DNA of 50,406 nucleotides from Chiloscyllium plagiosum (taxonomy: Eukaryota). Below the pieces are notes generated by a model. That model saw only the letters and a list, made by a program, of their open reading frames with translations. It was not told the origin of the DNA and searched no databases. The position numbers and the translations under genes are program-made. This document shows positions 37,125 through 48,743 of this stretch, piece after piece. The stretch spans positions 10,595,165-10,645,570 of the forward strand of contig NC_057756.1 in NCBI RefSeq assembly GCF_004010195.1, read 5' to 3'. Every line of letters begins with the position of its first letter. Positions within the stretch are counted from its first letter, which is position 1.

Positions 37125-37392
37125 GGGAGACGCGCGGGAATTCCGAGAGGTCTGGCATTCAAGCCGCAACTCCCGTCAATAAGCGCATCGCTTTGGACCC
37201 CGTTTACCAGCCTCTGAGCGAAAGAACTGGAGATGATATCCCCCCCCCACCTTAAGAGCCGAAGACACACCAGTAGAAAGCGGGCTACGCCACCAGCGCT
37301 TCAGCGGGGGCTCACTGATGATGTTACCGAGGATGGTGACGAAACGTCTGAACACGAGCCTTCCAGCACAGTGAGCCAACTCGCAACCTGAG
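37125..37392 (+). mobile_element. Penelope-like element 3' fragment of a distinct family (GIY-YIG C-terminus plus terminal repeat)
   Basis: Frameshift-corrected AREFREVWHSSRNS.NKRIALDPVYQPL resembles the Penelope/Poseidon endonuclease end; followed by a hammerhead core. Confidence 0.7.
37315..37348 (+). ncRNA. Minimal hammerhead ribozyme with canonical core
   Basis: UCA-CUGAUGA-U-GUUACC-GAGGAU-GGUGAC-GAAA-CG-UC-UGA: 6-bp helix II, 3-bp helix I, palindromic ACGU. Confidence 0.78.
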
Positions 37393-37402
37393 GGAGAAGG
37401 AG

Positions 37403-37702
37403 AGATTAGAATCCCTACAGTGTGGGAACAGGTCATTCGGCCCAACAAGTCCAGAGTGACCCTCTGAAGGGGAACCCACCCAGACCCGTTTCCCCCTACC
37501 CAATATTCACCCCTGACTAATGCACCAACACTACGGGCCGATTCACCTAGCTTGCGCATCATTGGACTGTGGGCGGAAACCCATGCAGACACGGGGAGAA
37601 TGTGCAAACGCCACACAGACCGTCGCCCTCGAGGCCGGAATCGAACCTGGGACCCTGGTGCTGTGAGGCAGCAGTGCTAACCACTGAGCCACCGTGCCGC
37701 CC
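37403..37702 (-). mobile_element. HE1 V-SINE with small internal deletions
   Basis: Reverse-complement head ending CCACTGAGCCACCGTGCCGCCC, V-domain and tail. Confidence 0.9.
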
Positions 37703-38144
37703 CTTAGTTTAGGGCTATGGACTGGTCAGACCAACGTGCTGCATGACTCTGTGACCCAGAGAACATTGAATCGAAGTGTTTTCCCGGTGTGGTTGTGCTC
37801 CAGATGGTTACAGGGGACAGGCTGGGTGGGGGGCAGGGGGGAAACTGGTGGCTTTGGGCCACCATTGACTGCAAATCCTATCGATCCAGCAGCTTGAGAA
37901 GAGACCAAGACGTTCCGCAGAGTTGAGGACAGAGGACTTTGCCGTGCGGGAACAGGGAGATAAAAACAGCTCCCAGAAGAAAGGGAAAAACGAGAATCGG
38001 TGAGGTCAAACTTTAAGGGCAGGTTCAAAGTCTTCCCCCTGGAACGCTAGATGTTTGAGAGTGGAGGGGAAACAAAGTGCCGGTGCTTTTTCAGCCAGTG
38101 GCCCGTTGCGTGAAGTTTTGCAGAACGATTCTGGGGCTGGCTTC

Positions 38145-38435
38145 AAGAAACATCGAGTACAGGAGTTGGGAGGTCATGCTGCGGCTGTACAGGACATTGG
38201 TTAGGCCACTGTTGGAATATTGTGTGCAATTCTGGTCTCCTTCCTATCAGAAAAATGTTGTGAAACTCGAAAGGGTTCAGGAAAGGTTTACAAGGATGTT
38301 GCCGAGGTTGGAGGGTTTGAGCTACAGGGAGAGGCTGAACAGGCTGGAGCTGTTTTCCCTGGAGCGTCGGAGGCTGAGGGGGTGACCTTATAGAGGTTCA
38401 TACAGTCATGAGAGGGGCAGGGATAGGGTAAATAG
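38145..38435 (+). mobile_element. CR1 RT C-terminal fragment
   Basis: [30 protein letters not shown]...LERVQERFTRMLP...LFSLERRRLRG. Confidence 0.92.
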
Positions 38436-38493
38436 GGTTGGGGTGAGGAAGGCTATGAAGACTGACTTAATCCAGTCACCATTGAACTATCGT

Positions 38494-38833
38494 GGGCGGC
38501 ACGGTGGCTCAGTGGTTAGCACTGCTGCCTCACAGCGCCAGAGACCCGGGTTCAATTCCCGCCTCAGGCGACTGACTGTGTGGAGTTTGCACGTTCTCCC
38601 CGTGTCTGCGTGGGTTTCCTCCGGGTGCTCCGGTTTCCTCCCACAGTCCAAAGATGTGCAGGTCAGGTGAATTGGCCATGCTAAATTGCCCATATGGTTT
38701 AGGGATGTGTAGGTTAGGTGCATTAGTCAGGGGTAAATGTAAGGGAATGGGTCTGGGTGGGTTACTCTTCGGTGGGTCGGTGTGGACTGGTTGGGCCGAA
38801 GGGTCTGTTTCCACACTGTAGGGAATCTAATTC
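38494..38833 (+). mobile_element. HE1 V-SINE, full length, with one full plus one partial internal unit
   Basis: A/B boxes and V-domain; GATGTGCAGG...AAATTGCCCATA...GGGATGTGTAGGTTAGG. Confidence 0.93.
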
Positions 38834-38835
38834 TA

Positions 38836-39040
38836 ATACCTGCATCCACCACTTCCTCTGGCAGCACATTCCACACACAAGCCACCCTCTGTGTGAAAAA
38901 GCTGCCCCTCCTTTATATTCTCGCCTTAAGAATATGCCCCTCTTGTCTTGAAATCTCCCACCCCAGGGAAAAGACACCTGCCAGTCACCTTATCTGTACC
39001 CCTCGTGATTTTATAAACCTCTATAAGGTCACCCCCCCCC
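38836..39040 (-). mobile_element. CR1 fragment
   Basis: CCACCACTTCCTCTGGCAGC...ACCCTCTGTGTGAAAAAG...CTCTATAAGGTCACCCC. Confidence 0.75.
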
Positions 39041-39068
39041 ATCAACCTGCAGCACTTCACTTGTGAAT

Positions 39069-39378
39069 ATTAGATTGGGCTCCCTACAGTGTGGAAACAG
39101 GCCCTTTGGCCCAACAAGTCCACACTGACCCTCCACAGAGAAACCCACCCCCCTATATTTACCCTTGACTAATGTACCTAACACTATGGACAATTTAGCA
39201 TGGCCAATCCACCCTAACCTGCACATCTTTGGTGGGAGGAAACCGGAGCACCCGGAGGAAACCCACACATACAAAGGGGAGGGGAATGTGCAAACTCCAC
39301 ACAGACAGTCGCCCGAGGCTGGAATCGAACCCGGGTCCCTGGCGCCGTGAGGCAGCAGTGCTAACCACTGAGCCGCCC
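39069..39378 (-). mobile_element. HE1 V-SINE
   Basis: Reverse-complement head, V-domain and tail. Confidence 0.9.
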
Positions 39379-39631
39379 ATATTAAGTATGGTCTACATCC
39401 CATCTCCAAACCGAATTCCATTGACAAACTGGTCTGACAGCACGCAGGTGACTGTAGCAGGTCATTGTGCACTAGACTTACAAGTCACTCCTGATCCCTT
39501 CATTACTACATACAAGAGATTTGGTCTGGCCTGAATGTTAGCTGAAAAATCTCACCTCGATCCAGACCCGATCAGTTAAATACTTCACCTTTGGTATATG
39601 TTGGATGAGACACTTTGGAAAATGCTAACTT

Positions 39632-39770
39632 GGCGCGGTGGCTCAGTGGTTAACACTGCTGCCTCATGGCGCTGGCAACCCGGGTTCGATTCCACTCTCA
39701 GGCGGGTGTGTGTGTGTGCGCGCGTGCTAGGTGCTCCCACAAAGATATGCAGGTTAGATGGATTAGCCAG
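39632..39770 (+). mobile_element. Partial HE1 SINE with V-domain partly replaced by (GT)n(GC)n
   Basis: GGCGCGGTGGCTCAGTGGTTAAC...GGTTCGATTCC then GTGTGTGTGTGTGCGCGCG. Confidence 0.75.
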
Positions 39771-40481
39771 GATGTAAGGGGAAAGTCCTGGGGGCTGTTG
39801 CTGAGCAAGGAGATCTTGGAGTACAGGTTCATAGCTTCTTGAAAGCAGAGTTGGAGGTAGATAGGAGAGTGAAGAAGGCTTTTAGTATGCTTTCCTTTAT
39901 TGGTCAGAGTATGGGAGGTCACGTTGCAGCTGTACAGGACATTGGTTAGGCCACTTTTGGAATATGGTTTGCAATTCTGGTCTCCCTCCTGTCAGAAGGA
40001 TGTTGCAAAACTTGAAAGGGTTCAGAAAAGATTTACAAAGATATTGCCAGGGTTGGAGGGTTTGAGCTACAGGGAGAGGCTGAATAGGCTTGGTCTGTTT
40101 TCCCTAGCGTGTCGGAGGCTGAGGGGTGACCTTATAGAATTATGAGGGGCATGGATAGGGTAAATAGACAAAGTCTTTCCCCCTGGGGTGGCGGAGTCCA
40201 GAACTAGAGGGCGTAGGTTTTAGGTGAGCGGGGAAAGATTTAAAAAGGGACCTGAGGGGTAAGTTTTTCACACAGAAGGTGGTACGTGTATGGAATAAGC
40301 TGCCAGAGGAAGTGGTGGAAGCTGGTACAATTGCAACATTTAAGAAGCATTTAGATGGGGATATGAATAGGAAGGGTTTGGAGGGATATGGGCCGGTGCT
40401 GGCAGGTGGGACTAGATTGGGTTGGGATATCTGGACGGGTTGGACCGAAGGGTCTGTTTCCACGCTGAAACAATTCTATGC
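39771..40481 (+). mobile_element. CR1/HER1 3' portion
   Basis: ORFs 39900-40145 and 40279-40524 give [17 protein letters not shown] and VRVWNKLPEEVVEAGT; 3' UTR follows. Confidence 0.92.
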
Positions 40482-41013
40482 AATCAGGAAAAATCCAATA
40501 AGATTGAATCTTTCTGATTTGTGAAATGTTTATTCGTGAAACAGAACCTCACGAAAGGCTGTGAACGTTGTTCTGGAACCAAACACATTCCCTTTGGTTC
40601 CTCTGTTCCCCTGACCCTTGCATTGGGCAGAGCATCACTGAACCATGAGATTCACGGAATAGCAGTCCCTGGGCTGCCTCTGGTAGCCCATTCAATCGGA
40701 GGCACATTTCCCAGTCTCGTCATAGAGCTGTACAGCACAGAAACAGACCTTTCAGTCCAACCCGTGAGTCCAATGTTTAAGAAAAAAAAATCACATTTCA
40801 TCTTGCTGAGGATTATAATCCGCAGGCTTGAACACGTTACGTCAATTCAGATCACTATTTCAATGAGCTCACGTTTCTTTTCATAATTACCACATCGTTG
40901 AACTTTACGTCAACTGCAGCTTTGACAGTGATTAGCTTCCATTTGCTGGCACTTGAGGTGGAGTACACCTACACGTCGCATTCTCCTCGAAGTTGGCCGC
41001 AAAGAATAAATGG

Positions 41014-41137
41014 GCTGAGGAAGGGCTTATGCCCGAAACGTCAATTCTCCTGTTCCTTGGATGCTGCCTGACCTGCTGCGCCTTTCCAGCAACACATTTC
41101 CAGCTCTGATCTCCAGCATCTGCAGTTCTCGCTTTCT
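41014..41137 (+). mobile_element. 124-bp PLE terminal-repeat insertion, 17-bp TSD, hammerhead core at 41015-41042
   Basis: CCGCAAAGAATAAATGG at 40997-41013 and 41138-41154; core CTGAGGA-A-GGGC-TTAT-GCCC-GAAA-CG-TC. Confidence 0.9.
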
Positions 41138-41261
41138 CCGCAAAGAATAAATGGTTCCGTAGCCAAAAGCACTTTTTTTTTTCCAAAGGTTGATGTGTTA
41201 ATAACATCTCAGGGATGATACTCGGTCCCACTTTGGAGCATTTAACCCAAGAAATGTAAAT

Positions 41262-41586
41262 GCGGCACGGTGGCACAGTGGTTCGCACTGCTGCCTCACA
41301 GCGCCAGAGACCCGGGTTCAATTCCCGACTCAGGCGACTCTCTGTGTGGAGTTTGCACGTTCTCCCCGTGTCTGCGTGGGTTTCCTCCGGGTGCTCCGGT
41401 TTCCTCCCACAATCCAAAAATGTGCAGGGGTTAGGTGAATTGGCCATGCTAAATTACCCGTAGTGTTAGGTGAAGGGGTAAATGTAGGAGAATGGGTCTG
41501 GGTGGGTTACGCTTCGGCGGGTCGGTGTGGACTTGTTGGGCCGAAGGGCCTGTTTCCACACTGTAAGTAATCTAATCTAAAAAAAA
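41262..41586 (+). mobile_element. HE1 V-SINE, full length
   Basis: A/B boxes, V-domain, TAATCTAATCTAAAAAAAA tail. Confidence 0.93.
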
Positions 41587-41849
41587 TAGATAACAGTAAG
41601 TGAAAAGTGTAGTCTTTTGGGGGTTTTTGTTATTTTTGTGAGATTAAATGAAGAACTGTGAAGTTTATTAGTGAATTATGATCAGAGTTTTTTTGAAATA
41701 AGTGCCTCACCGTGGAGTTCTGACTTTTTTCTCTCCCCCCCCCCCACCATTACAATTAATATATTACATGGAATATATTTGCAGATACATTCTATTTTGC
41801 TCAAACAAAATTCACAATTTGCAAGCAGTCGTCTTGTGTTTTCCCACTT

Positions 41850-42100
41850 CTTCCATTGGTGCAGTGACCGAAACGTTTTCCCAACTGAGGCGCTGTCCCG
41901 TTTACCCTCCCCTTACTTCAGCCTGGGCCCCTCCTCCCGACAGGATTTACTCCAGAGGGAGCGTGACGGGAATATGACATGGCGGAAGGGGTAGGAAGAC
42001 GCAATGCGGACCGATTGCCATTGTCCCGGCTCACCCTGTAGAACCGAAGGACCTGGGCCGGTGGACAGAGACTGGCGAAGATGACGGGGCGTAGAGAAGA
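41850..42100. promoter_or_regulatory. Possible CpG-rich promoter-like segment
   Basis: Non-repeat CpG-rich stretch with YY1-like ACATGGCGG overlapping ETS-like GCGGAAG, ATTGG and GACGCAAT. Motifs only. Confidence 0.25.
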
Positions 42101-42202
42101 TTGAGCACAGCAGATGGGGTCTTGGGCTTCAGGAATGGGAAGGATTAAGGGCAAAGGCAGAAACATCTGTGGAACCTTTCGGAAGTTCTTGCTACGGAGT
42201 GA

Positions 42203-42503
42203 TAGCATTGCTCAGCGCGGAAACGGACCCTTCGGTCCAACTCATCCGTGCCAACCAGATATGCCAACCGAATCTAGTCCCATCTGCCAGCATTTAGCCC
42301 ATATCCCTCTAAACCGTTCCTATTCACATACCCATCCAGATGCCTTTTAAATGTACCAGCCTCCGCCACGTCCTCTGGCAGCTCATTCCACTACCCTCTG
42401 TGTGAGAAGGTTTCCTCTTGGGTCCCTTTTTAAATCTTCCCCCACCCCCCCCCCCCAAACCTACGCCCTCTGACTTTGGATTGCTGTACCCTGAGAAAAA
42501 GAC
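42203..42503 (-). mobile_element. Degenerate CR1/HER1 3' end
   Basis: GGAAACGGACCCTTCGGTCCAAC...TTCCTATTCACATACCCATCCAGATGCC. Confidence 0.82.
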
Positions 42504-44640
42504 CATAAGACATAGGAGCGGAAGTAAGGCCATTCGGCCCATCGAGTCCACTCCGCCATTTAATCATGGTTGATGGGTATTTCAACTCCACTTACCCGCA
42601 CTCTCCCCATCGCTCTTAATTCCTTGCGATACCAAGAATGTTTCAATCTCTGCCTCAAAGACATTTAATGACCCGGTCTCCACTGCGCTCCATGGCAATG
42701 AATTCCACAGGCCCACCACTCTCTGACTGAAGTAATGTCTCCTTATTTCCATTCTAAATTGACCCCCTCTAAATATCAGGCTGTGCCCATGGGTCCTAGT
42801 CTCCCAGCCTAATGGAAAAACACTTACCAGCATCCACGCTTTTTAAGCCATGCACTATCTTGTAAGTTTCTATTAGATTTCCCCTCAACCTTCTAAACTC
42901 TAATGAATATAATTCCAGGATCCTCAGCTGTTCATCGTCTGTTAGGCCTATGATACCAGCGATCATCGCGTGAATCTCCGCTGGACACGCTCCAGTGCCA
43001 CTATGTCCTTACTGAGGTGTAGGGCCCAAAATTGGACACAGTATTCTAAATGGAGCCTGACCAGAGCTTTATAAAGTCTCAGTAGCACATCGCTGCTTTT
43101 ACATTCCAACTCTCTTGAGATAAATGACAATATTATATTTGCTTTCTAAAGCACGGACTCAACCCGCAAGCCAACCTTTAGAGAATCCTGGACTAGCAGT
43201 CCCAGATCCCTTTGTACTTTGGCTTTATGAATTTTCTCACTGTTTAGAAAATAGTCCATGCTGTACTCTTTTTTTCTGAAGTGCAAGACCTCACATTTGC
43301 TTACATTGAATTTCATCAGCTATTTCCTGGACTACTCTCCTAAACTGTCCAAATCTTTCTGCAGCCTCCCCACCTCCTCAGAACTACCTGACTGTCTGCC
43401 TAACTCTGTATCATCAGCGAACTTCGTGGGAATGCCCCCAGTCCCTTTATCCAGATCATTAANNNNNNNNNNNNNNNNNNNNNNNNNNNNGCACATCGCT
43501 GCTTTTACATTCCAACTCTCTTGAGATAAATTACAACATTATATTTGCTTTCTTAAGCACGGACTCAACCCGCAAGTCAACCTTTGGAGAATCCTAGACT
43601 AGCAGTCCCAGATCCCTTTGTACTTTGGCTTTATGAATTTTCTCACTGTTTAGAAAATAGTCCATGCTGTATTCTATTTTTCTGAAGTGCAAGACCTCAC
43701 ATTTGCTTACATTGAATTTCATCAGCTATTTCCTGGACCGCTCTCCTAAACTGTCCCCAGTCCCTTTATCCAGATCATTAATATATAAAGTGAACAGCTG
43801 CAGCCCCAACACTGAGCCCTGCGGGACACCACTTGTCACCAGCTGCCATTCCGAAAAAGAACCTTTTATCCCAACTCTCTGCCTTCTCTCAGGCAACCTA
43901 TCCTCAATCCATGCCAGTAGCTCAACTCGAATACCATGGGCCCTCAGTTTACTCAGCAGCTCCTGTGTAGGTACCTGATCAAAGGCCTTTTAGCAGTCTA
44001 TAACATCCACTGCGTTTGCCTTCTCTCTTTCGAACTGCAGGCTGAACTCTACCATATTATGATCGCTGCATCCTAAGTGTTCCCTTACTTTAAGATCTTT
44101 TATAAAGTCTGGCTCATGACATAGCACTAAGTCCAGAATAGCCTGCTCCCTTGTGGGCTCCATGACAAGCTGTTCCGGAAAGCCATCCTGTAAGCATTCC
44201 ATGAATTCCCTCTCTTTGGATCCACTGTCAACATTACTCACCCAGTCCATTTGCATATTGAAGTCCCCCCATGATCACCGTGCCCTATCAATTTCCTGGT
44301 ACATCTTGCGCCCCTGATCCTGGCCACTGCTGGGAGGTCTGTACATAACTCTCATTATGGTTTCTTTTTGCCTTTGTGGTTCCTCAACTCCACCCACACA
44401 GACTCCACATCATCTGACTCCATGACATTCAGTACCATAGATTTCATCTCATTCTTAACTAACAAGGCCACCCCACCCTCTCTGCCCACCTCCCTGTCTT
44501 TTCGATAAATTGTAAATCCTTGGATGTTTAACTGCCAGTCCTGAATCACGTCTCTGTGATGCCTACCACATCATAATCATTCATGATGATTTCTGCCGTT
44601 AATTCATCTACTTTGTTACGAATACCATGAGTAGTCGGAT
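42504..44640 (-). mobile_element. CR1 LINE with an internal deletion joining the AP-endonuclease region to the RT 3' half
   Basis: ORFs 44355-44549 (YRKDR...GGVALLVK...ESVWVEL) and 43990-44256 (EPTREQAILDLVL...SDHNMVEF) are APE; they run straight into AVDVI..KAFDQVP; tail CATAAGACATAGGAGC at 42505. Confidence 0.88.
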
Positions 44641-45004
44641 AAAGAGCCTTAATGCTAATTTTCTTATCCTCATGATTTCCATTGCCACGATCTTGGCTGT
44701 TCACTCTATCCAGCCCCCCCTAATGAATTACAAACCTCTTTGAGGTCACGGAATACAGACACTTTCATCCAACCGGTCTACGCTGACCATAACCCCAAGT
44801 TAGATCGCAAGTGGAGGATTGTGTCCAGTTCTGCGTCCATACCTTGCGAAGGATGTGACACCCTTTGAGAGGCTGCAGAACAAGGAATTTTAGCTGCAAC
44901 CGTTAATGTGAAGAGTGTGGGGATATTCCCTTTGGAATGAAGAAGTTGCGGCTTCAATAAGACTTCCTTCCATTTGCTGACTAAACAAAGCCAGATAGCA
45001 TTAC

Positions 45005-45850
45005 AGACATAGAACATGGGACAATACATGTTGCGCCAACCTGTGAACTATTCTGAGCTCGTTCCCCCTACACCATCCCATCACCATCCATGTGCTTATC
45101 CAAGGATTGTTTAAATCTCCCTAATGTGGCTGAGTTGACTACCTTAGCAGGTAGGGCATTCCACGCCCTTACCACTCTCTGAGTAAAGAACCTGCCTCTG
45201 ACACCTGTCTTAAATCTATCGCCCCCTCAATTTGTAGTTATGCCCCTCATACAAGCTGACATCATCATCCTAGGAAAAAGACTTTCACTGCCTACCCTNN
45301 NNNNNNNNNNNNNNNNNNNNNNNNNNNNNNNNNNNNNNNNNNNNNNNNNNNNNNNNNNNNNNNNNNNNNNNNNNNNNNNNNNNNNNNNNNNNNNNNNNNN
45401 NNNNNNNNNNNNNNNNNNNNNNNNNNNNNNNNNNNNNNNNNNNNNNNNNNNNNNNNNNNNNNNNNNNNNNNNNNNNNNNNNNNNNNNNNNNNNNNNNNNN
45501 NNNNNNNNNNNNNNNNNNNNNNNNNNNNNNNNNNNNNNNNNNNNNNNNNNNNNNNNNNNNNNNNNNNNNNNNNNNNNNNNNNNNNNNNNNNNNNNNNNNN
45601 NNNNNNNNNNNNNNNNNNNNNNNNNNNNNNNNNGTGTCATCTGCAAATTTACTAATCCATCCGCCTATGCCTGCGTCTAAGTCACTTATAAAAATTACAA
45701 ACAGCAGTGGTCCCAAAACAGATCCTTGTGGCGCACCACTAGTAACCGGACTCCAGGCTGAATATTTTCCATCAACCACCACTCGCTGCCTTCTTCCAGA
45801 AAGCCAGTTTCTAATCCAAACTGCGAAATCCCCCTCAGTCCCATGCCCCT
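45005..45850 (-). mobile_element. CR1 3' portion spanning an N gap
   Basis: [17 protein letters not shown]...[19 protein letters not shown]...SKFADD. Confidence 0.88.
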
Positions 45851-46023
45851 GCCCAGAGTAGGTGACAGCATACAAACACACAGGGGAGGTGAATGGGCAA
45901 AACTGTGGCAAATGGAGCTCAATGCCAGCAAGTTGTGAGGTTATCCATGTTGTACAACACATATATAGCTCAGGGTACTTTCTGGATGGTATGATGTTAA
46001 ATACAGTGCCTGGTTAAATACAT

Positions 46024-46610
46024 ATGTCCTGGTTGGTCAATGGGAGGAATGGATCCCACTTGGTGGCAGGGAGCAGTGGGGGAGAGAGGGGCTGGGATGA
46101 GGAGGGAGGTTATTTGAAATTGGAGAACTCAGTGTTGAGACCAAACATAAACTTGGGGAAGGTTCACCAACCATCTCAACTGCGTCCACACAGGCCGACC
46201 GGACCTCCCAGTCACCGCCCATTTTAATCCCCCTTCCCACTCCCTTTCTGACATGACCATCTTAGGCCTCCTCCGTTGCCAGAATGAACAACGCCGCAAG
46301 TCGGAGGAACACCACCTCATCTCGTGCCTGGGCAGCCTCCAGCCTGGAGGGCTCAACATTGAGTTTCCCAATTTCAAATAACTACCCTGCCCATCCCCCC
46401 TCCCTTCCACTGCTCCCTGCCGCCTGGCAGATCCATCCCTCCCATTGACCAACCAGGTCATACCCTCTACCTGTCTTCACCTCTTCCCCAGTCCCCCACC
46501 TTGCCTCTGCCATCCCCTTTATCTGCAGTTTCCCCTAAACCCACCCCCAGTCCCGAGGAAGAGTTACACCAGAAACGTTGACTTCTCCCTCTCCTGATGC
46601 TGCCTGGCTT
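46024..46610 (+). mobile_element. Neptune-like PLE 3' end with an inverted upstream partial copy
   Basis: 46155-46381 translates RFTNHLNCVHTGRPDLPVTAHFNPPSHSLSDMTILGLLRCQNEQRRKSEEHHLISCLGSLQPGGLNIEFPNFK* (GIY-YIG C-terminus); 46026-46140 is a diverged reverse complement of about 46352-46460; decayed hammerhead at 46553-46579. Confidence 0.82.
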
Positions 46611-46993
46611 CCATTATCTCATGGCCAGAGGGGCTGGGTGGGGTACTCCTATTCTTATCTGAAGTCTCTCATGTCTACGGGCCCAAACTGCTCACCTTCC
46701 CCTCAAAAGACAGTAACTTCTGCCCAGGATGTAGAGTAGTGATCCCTCACTGAACTGTTCCAATATGATTCTTTACCTCTATAAGAAAGGAGACTAAAAT
46801 TGTCCTCAATACTCCAAATGTAGTCCTATCATTTTCCTAAACACCGTTGTAACAAAGCCTTCTTACTTCTCTGCTCCACCCCTCTTGAGGTAAGGACAAC
46901 ATTAAACTGGATTCCTCATTAGCTGTTTTTCACCCCTACTGACACATTGAGATTTCAGTGTGATCTCTCTGCATTGCAGCATTCTGCCACTGT

Positions 46994-47275
46994 GGGGCAG
47001 CACGGTGGCCCAGTGGTTAGCACTGCGGCCTCACAGAGCCAGGGACCCAGGTTCAATTCCAATCTCTCATGACTGCGGGGAATTTGCACATTCTCCCTGT
47101 GTCTGCATGGGTTTCCTCTCAGAGCCCAAAGATGTGCAGGGTAGGGTGGATTGTCTGTGCTAAATTGTCCCGCAGTGTTCAGGGTTGTGTAGTCAGGGTA
47201 AGGGGAATGGGTCATGGTGATTTACTCTTCGGAGGGTCAGTGTGGACTTTTTGAGCTAAAGGACCTGTTTCCAAA
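46994..47275 (+). mobile_element. Diverged HE1 V-SINE
   Basis: GGGCAGCACGGTGGCCCAGTGGTTAGC head, partial V-domain, tail. Confidence 0.85.
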
Positions 47276-47540
47276 CTCTCTTCATGTGCTTTCCGATACA
47301 TCTGCTAACGTGGCCATCCTCACAAGTCGCACAGTAAAAGCCAACTTCCAATTTTGTTTTGTCCAGTCTTTTCACCTGTCGCTATCCTTTTGCAGACTCC
47401 TTGTCGTCTCCTCAGAACTGCTTTCCTCCTTGTATCTGAAACATCAGTAAATCTTTGACTGCAATCTTTTTGGGAAACCAAAAACGGTGCCATCGACTGG
47501 TACCCGTCTTTTCTCCCACGTCCAGCTCAAATCAATCAAG

Positions 47541-47821
47541 GGTGGCACGGTGGCTCAGTGGTGAGCACTGCTGCCTCACACCACCAGGGTCCCAGGTTCA
47601 GTTCCAGCCTCGGGTGACTGACTGTGTGGAGTTTGCACATTCTCCCCTCCCGTGTCTGCGTGGGTTTCCTCCCACAGTCCAAAGGTATACAGGTCAGGGT
47701 GGACTGGCCATGCTAAATTGCCCGTAGTGTTAGGTGCATCAGTCAGAGGGAGATGGGTCTTGGGTGGGTTACTCTTCGGAGGGTCGGTGTGGACTGGTTG
47801 GGCCGCTGTAGAGAATCTAAA
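47541..47821 (+). mobile_element. HE1 V-SINE with deletions
   Basis: Head, V-domain, tail ending GAATCTAA. Confidence 0.88.
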
Positions 47822-48265
47822 CTACAAAAACATTGAACGAGCAAAGCAAGATATTTTGTTGAAGTGGAAGGGAAATGCAAAGGACCGTGCAGACTGGCGA
47901 TGAAACATCTCACGGACAGGAGTAGCTGAGACTCCAACAGCAGCTGGTTGAGGAATAGAAACTGGGAGCTGGAGTAGGCCCATTTAGCTCTCAGACATTC
48001 AAAATAATGGCTGCTGACCCTCAATGCCATATTCCAAGGTAAAATGCAGCAAACACCAGTGTGCAGTGATGCTGGTCCCTGGTTGCAAACTTTTTATTTC
48101 AAAATATACTTTATTCATAGAAATAAATCTTTGATACTTGTACAATTTGTCATGTCGTTCATAGATATATACATTGCATGTCTTAACATTACAAAGCACA
48201 GATTGAATGCCTGAGAGCTAAATGGGCAAGCTCAGTGTCTCGCCCTTTCCCTCCCCCTACCACAG

Positions 48266-48372
48266 CTCCGCGTGCACGTGCAGTCTCAGTGAGTCCCAGA
48301 CTCAGCCTGAGGGCCTCGTCCACTTCCTGCTTGGAATGGTCCTCAGATCCTTGTGTCCTTGGGTAGGAAGAG
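48266..48372 (+). other. Candidate 107-nt upstream exon of the zinc-finger locus
   Basis: Pyrimidine tract CCCTTTCCCTCCCCCTACCACAG acceptor and consensus donor GAG|GTGAGT. Confidence 0.4.
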
Positions 48373-48544
48373 GTGAGTGTGGATCTGTCAATCAGCATCA
48401 GTTCGACCCTTCAGGAGAAAGGGGAAGGGGATACTCAGTGCTGCATGGAGGGAGAGTGTGTAGGATGGGATTTTACAGATTTTGGGGAATGAGGGAGGAA
48501 GTGGATGTCCCAAACTAGAATTGCCTGTGCTGAATTATACTCGT

Positions 48545-48743
48545 GATGTGGAGGAGCCGGCGTTGGACTGGGGTGAACACAGTTAAAAAATCACACAACA
48601 ACAGGTCCGACAGGTTTACCTGGAAGCACTAGCTTTCGGAGCGCTGCACCTTCAGCAGGTAGCTATTGATGAAGGAGCAGTGCTCCGAAAGCTAGTGCTT
48701 CCAGATAAACTTATTGGAACCTGGTGTTGTGTGACTTTTAACT
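48545..48743. mobile_element. Palindromic PLE-derived element with two opposed hammerhead-like cores
   Basis: 48581-48658 is the approximate reverse complement of 48666-48743; plus arm TTGATGA-A-GGAGC-AGT-GCTCC-GAAA-GC-TA. Confidence 0.78.
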
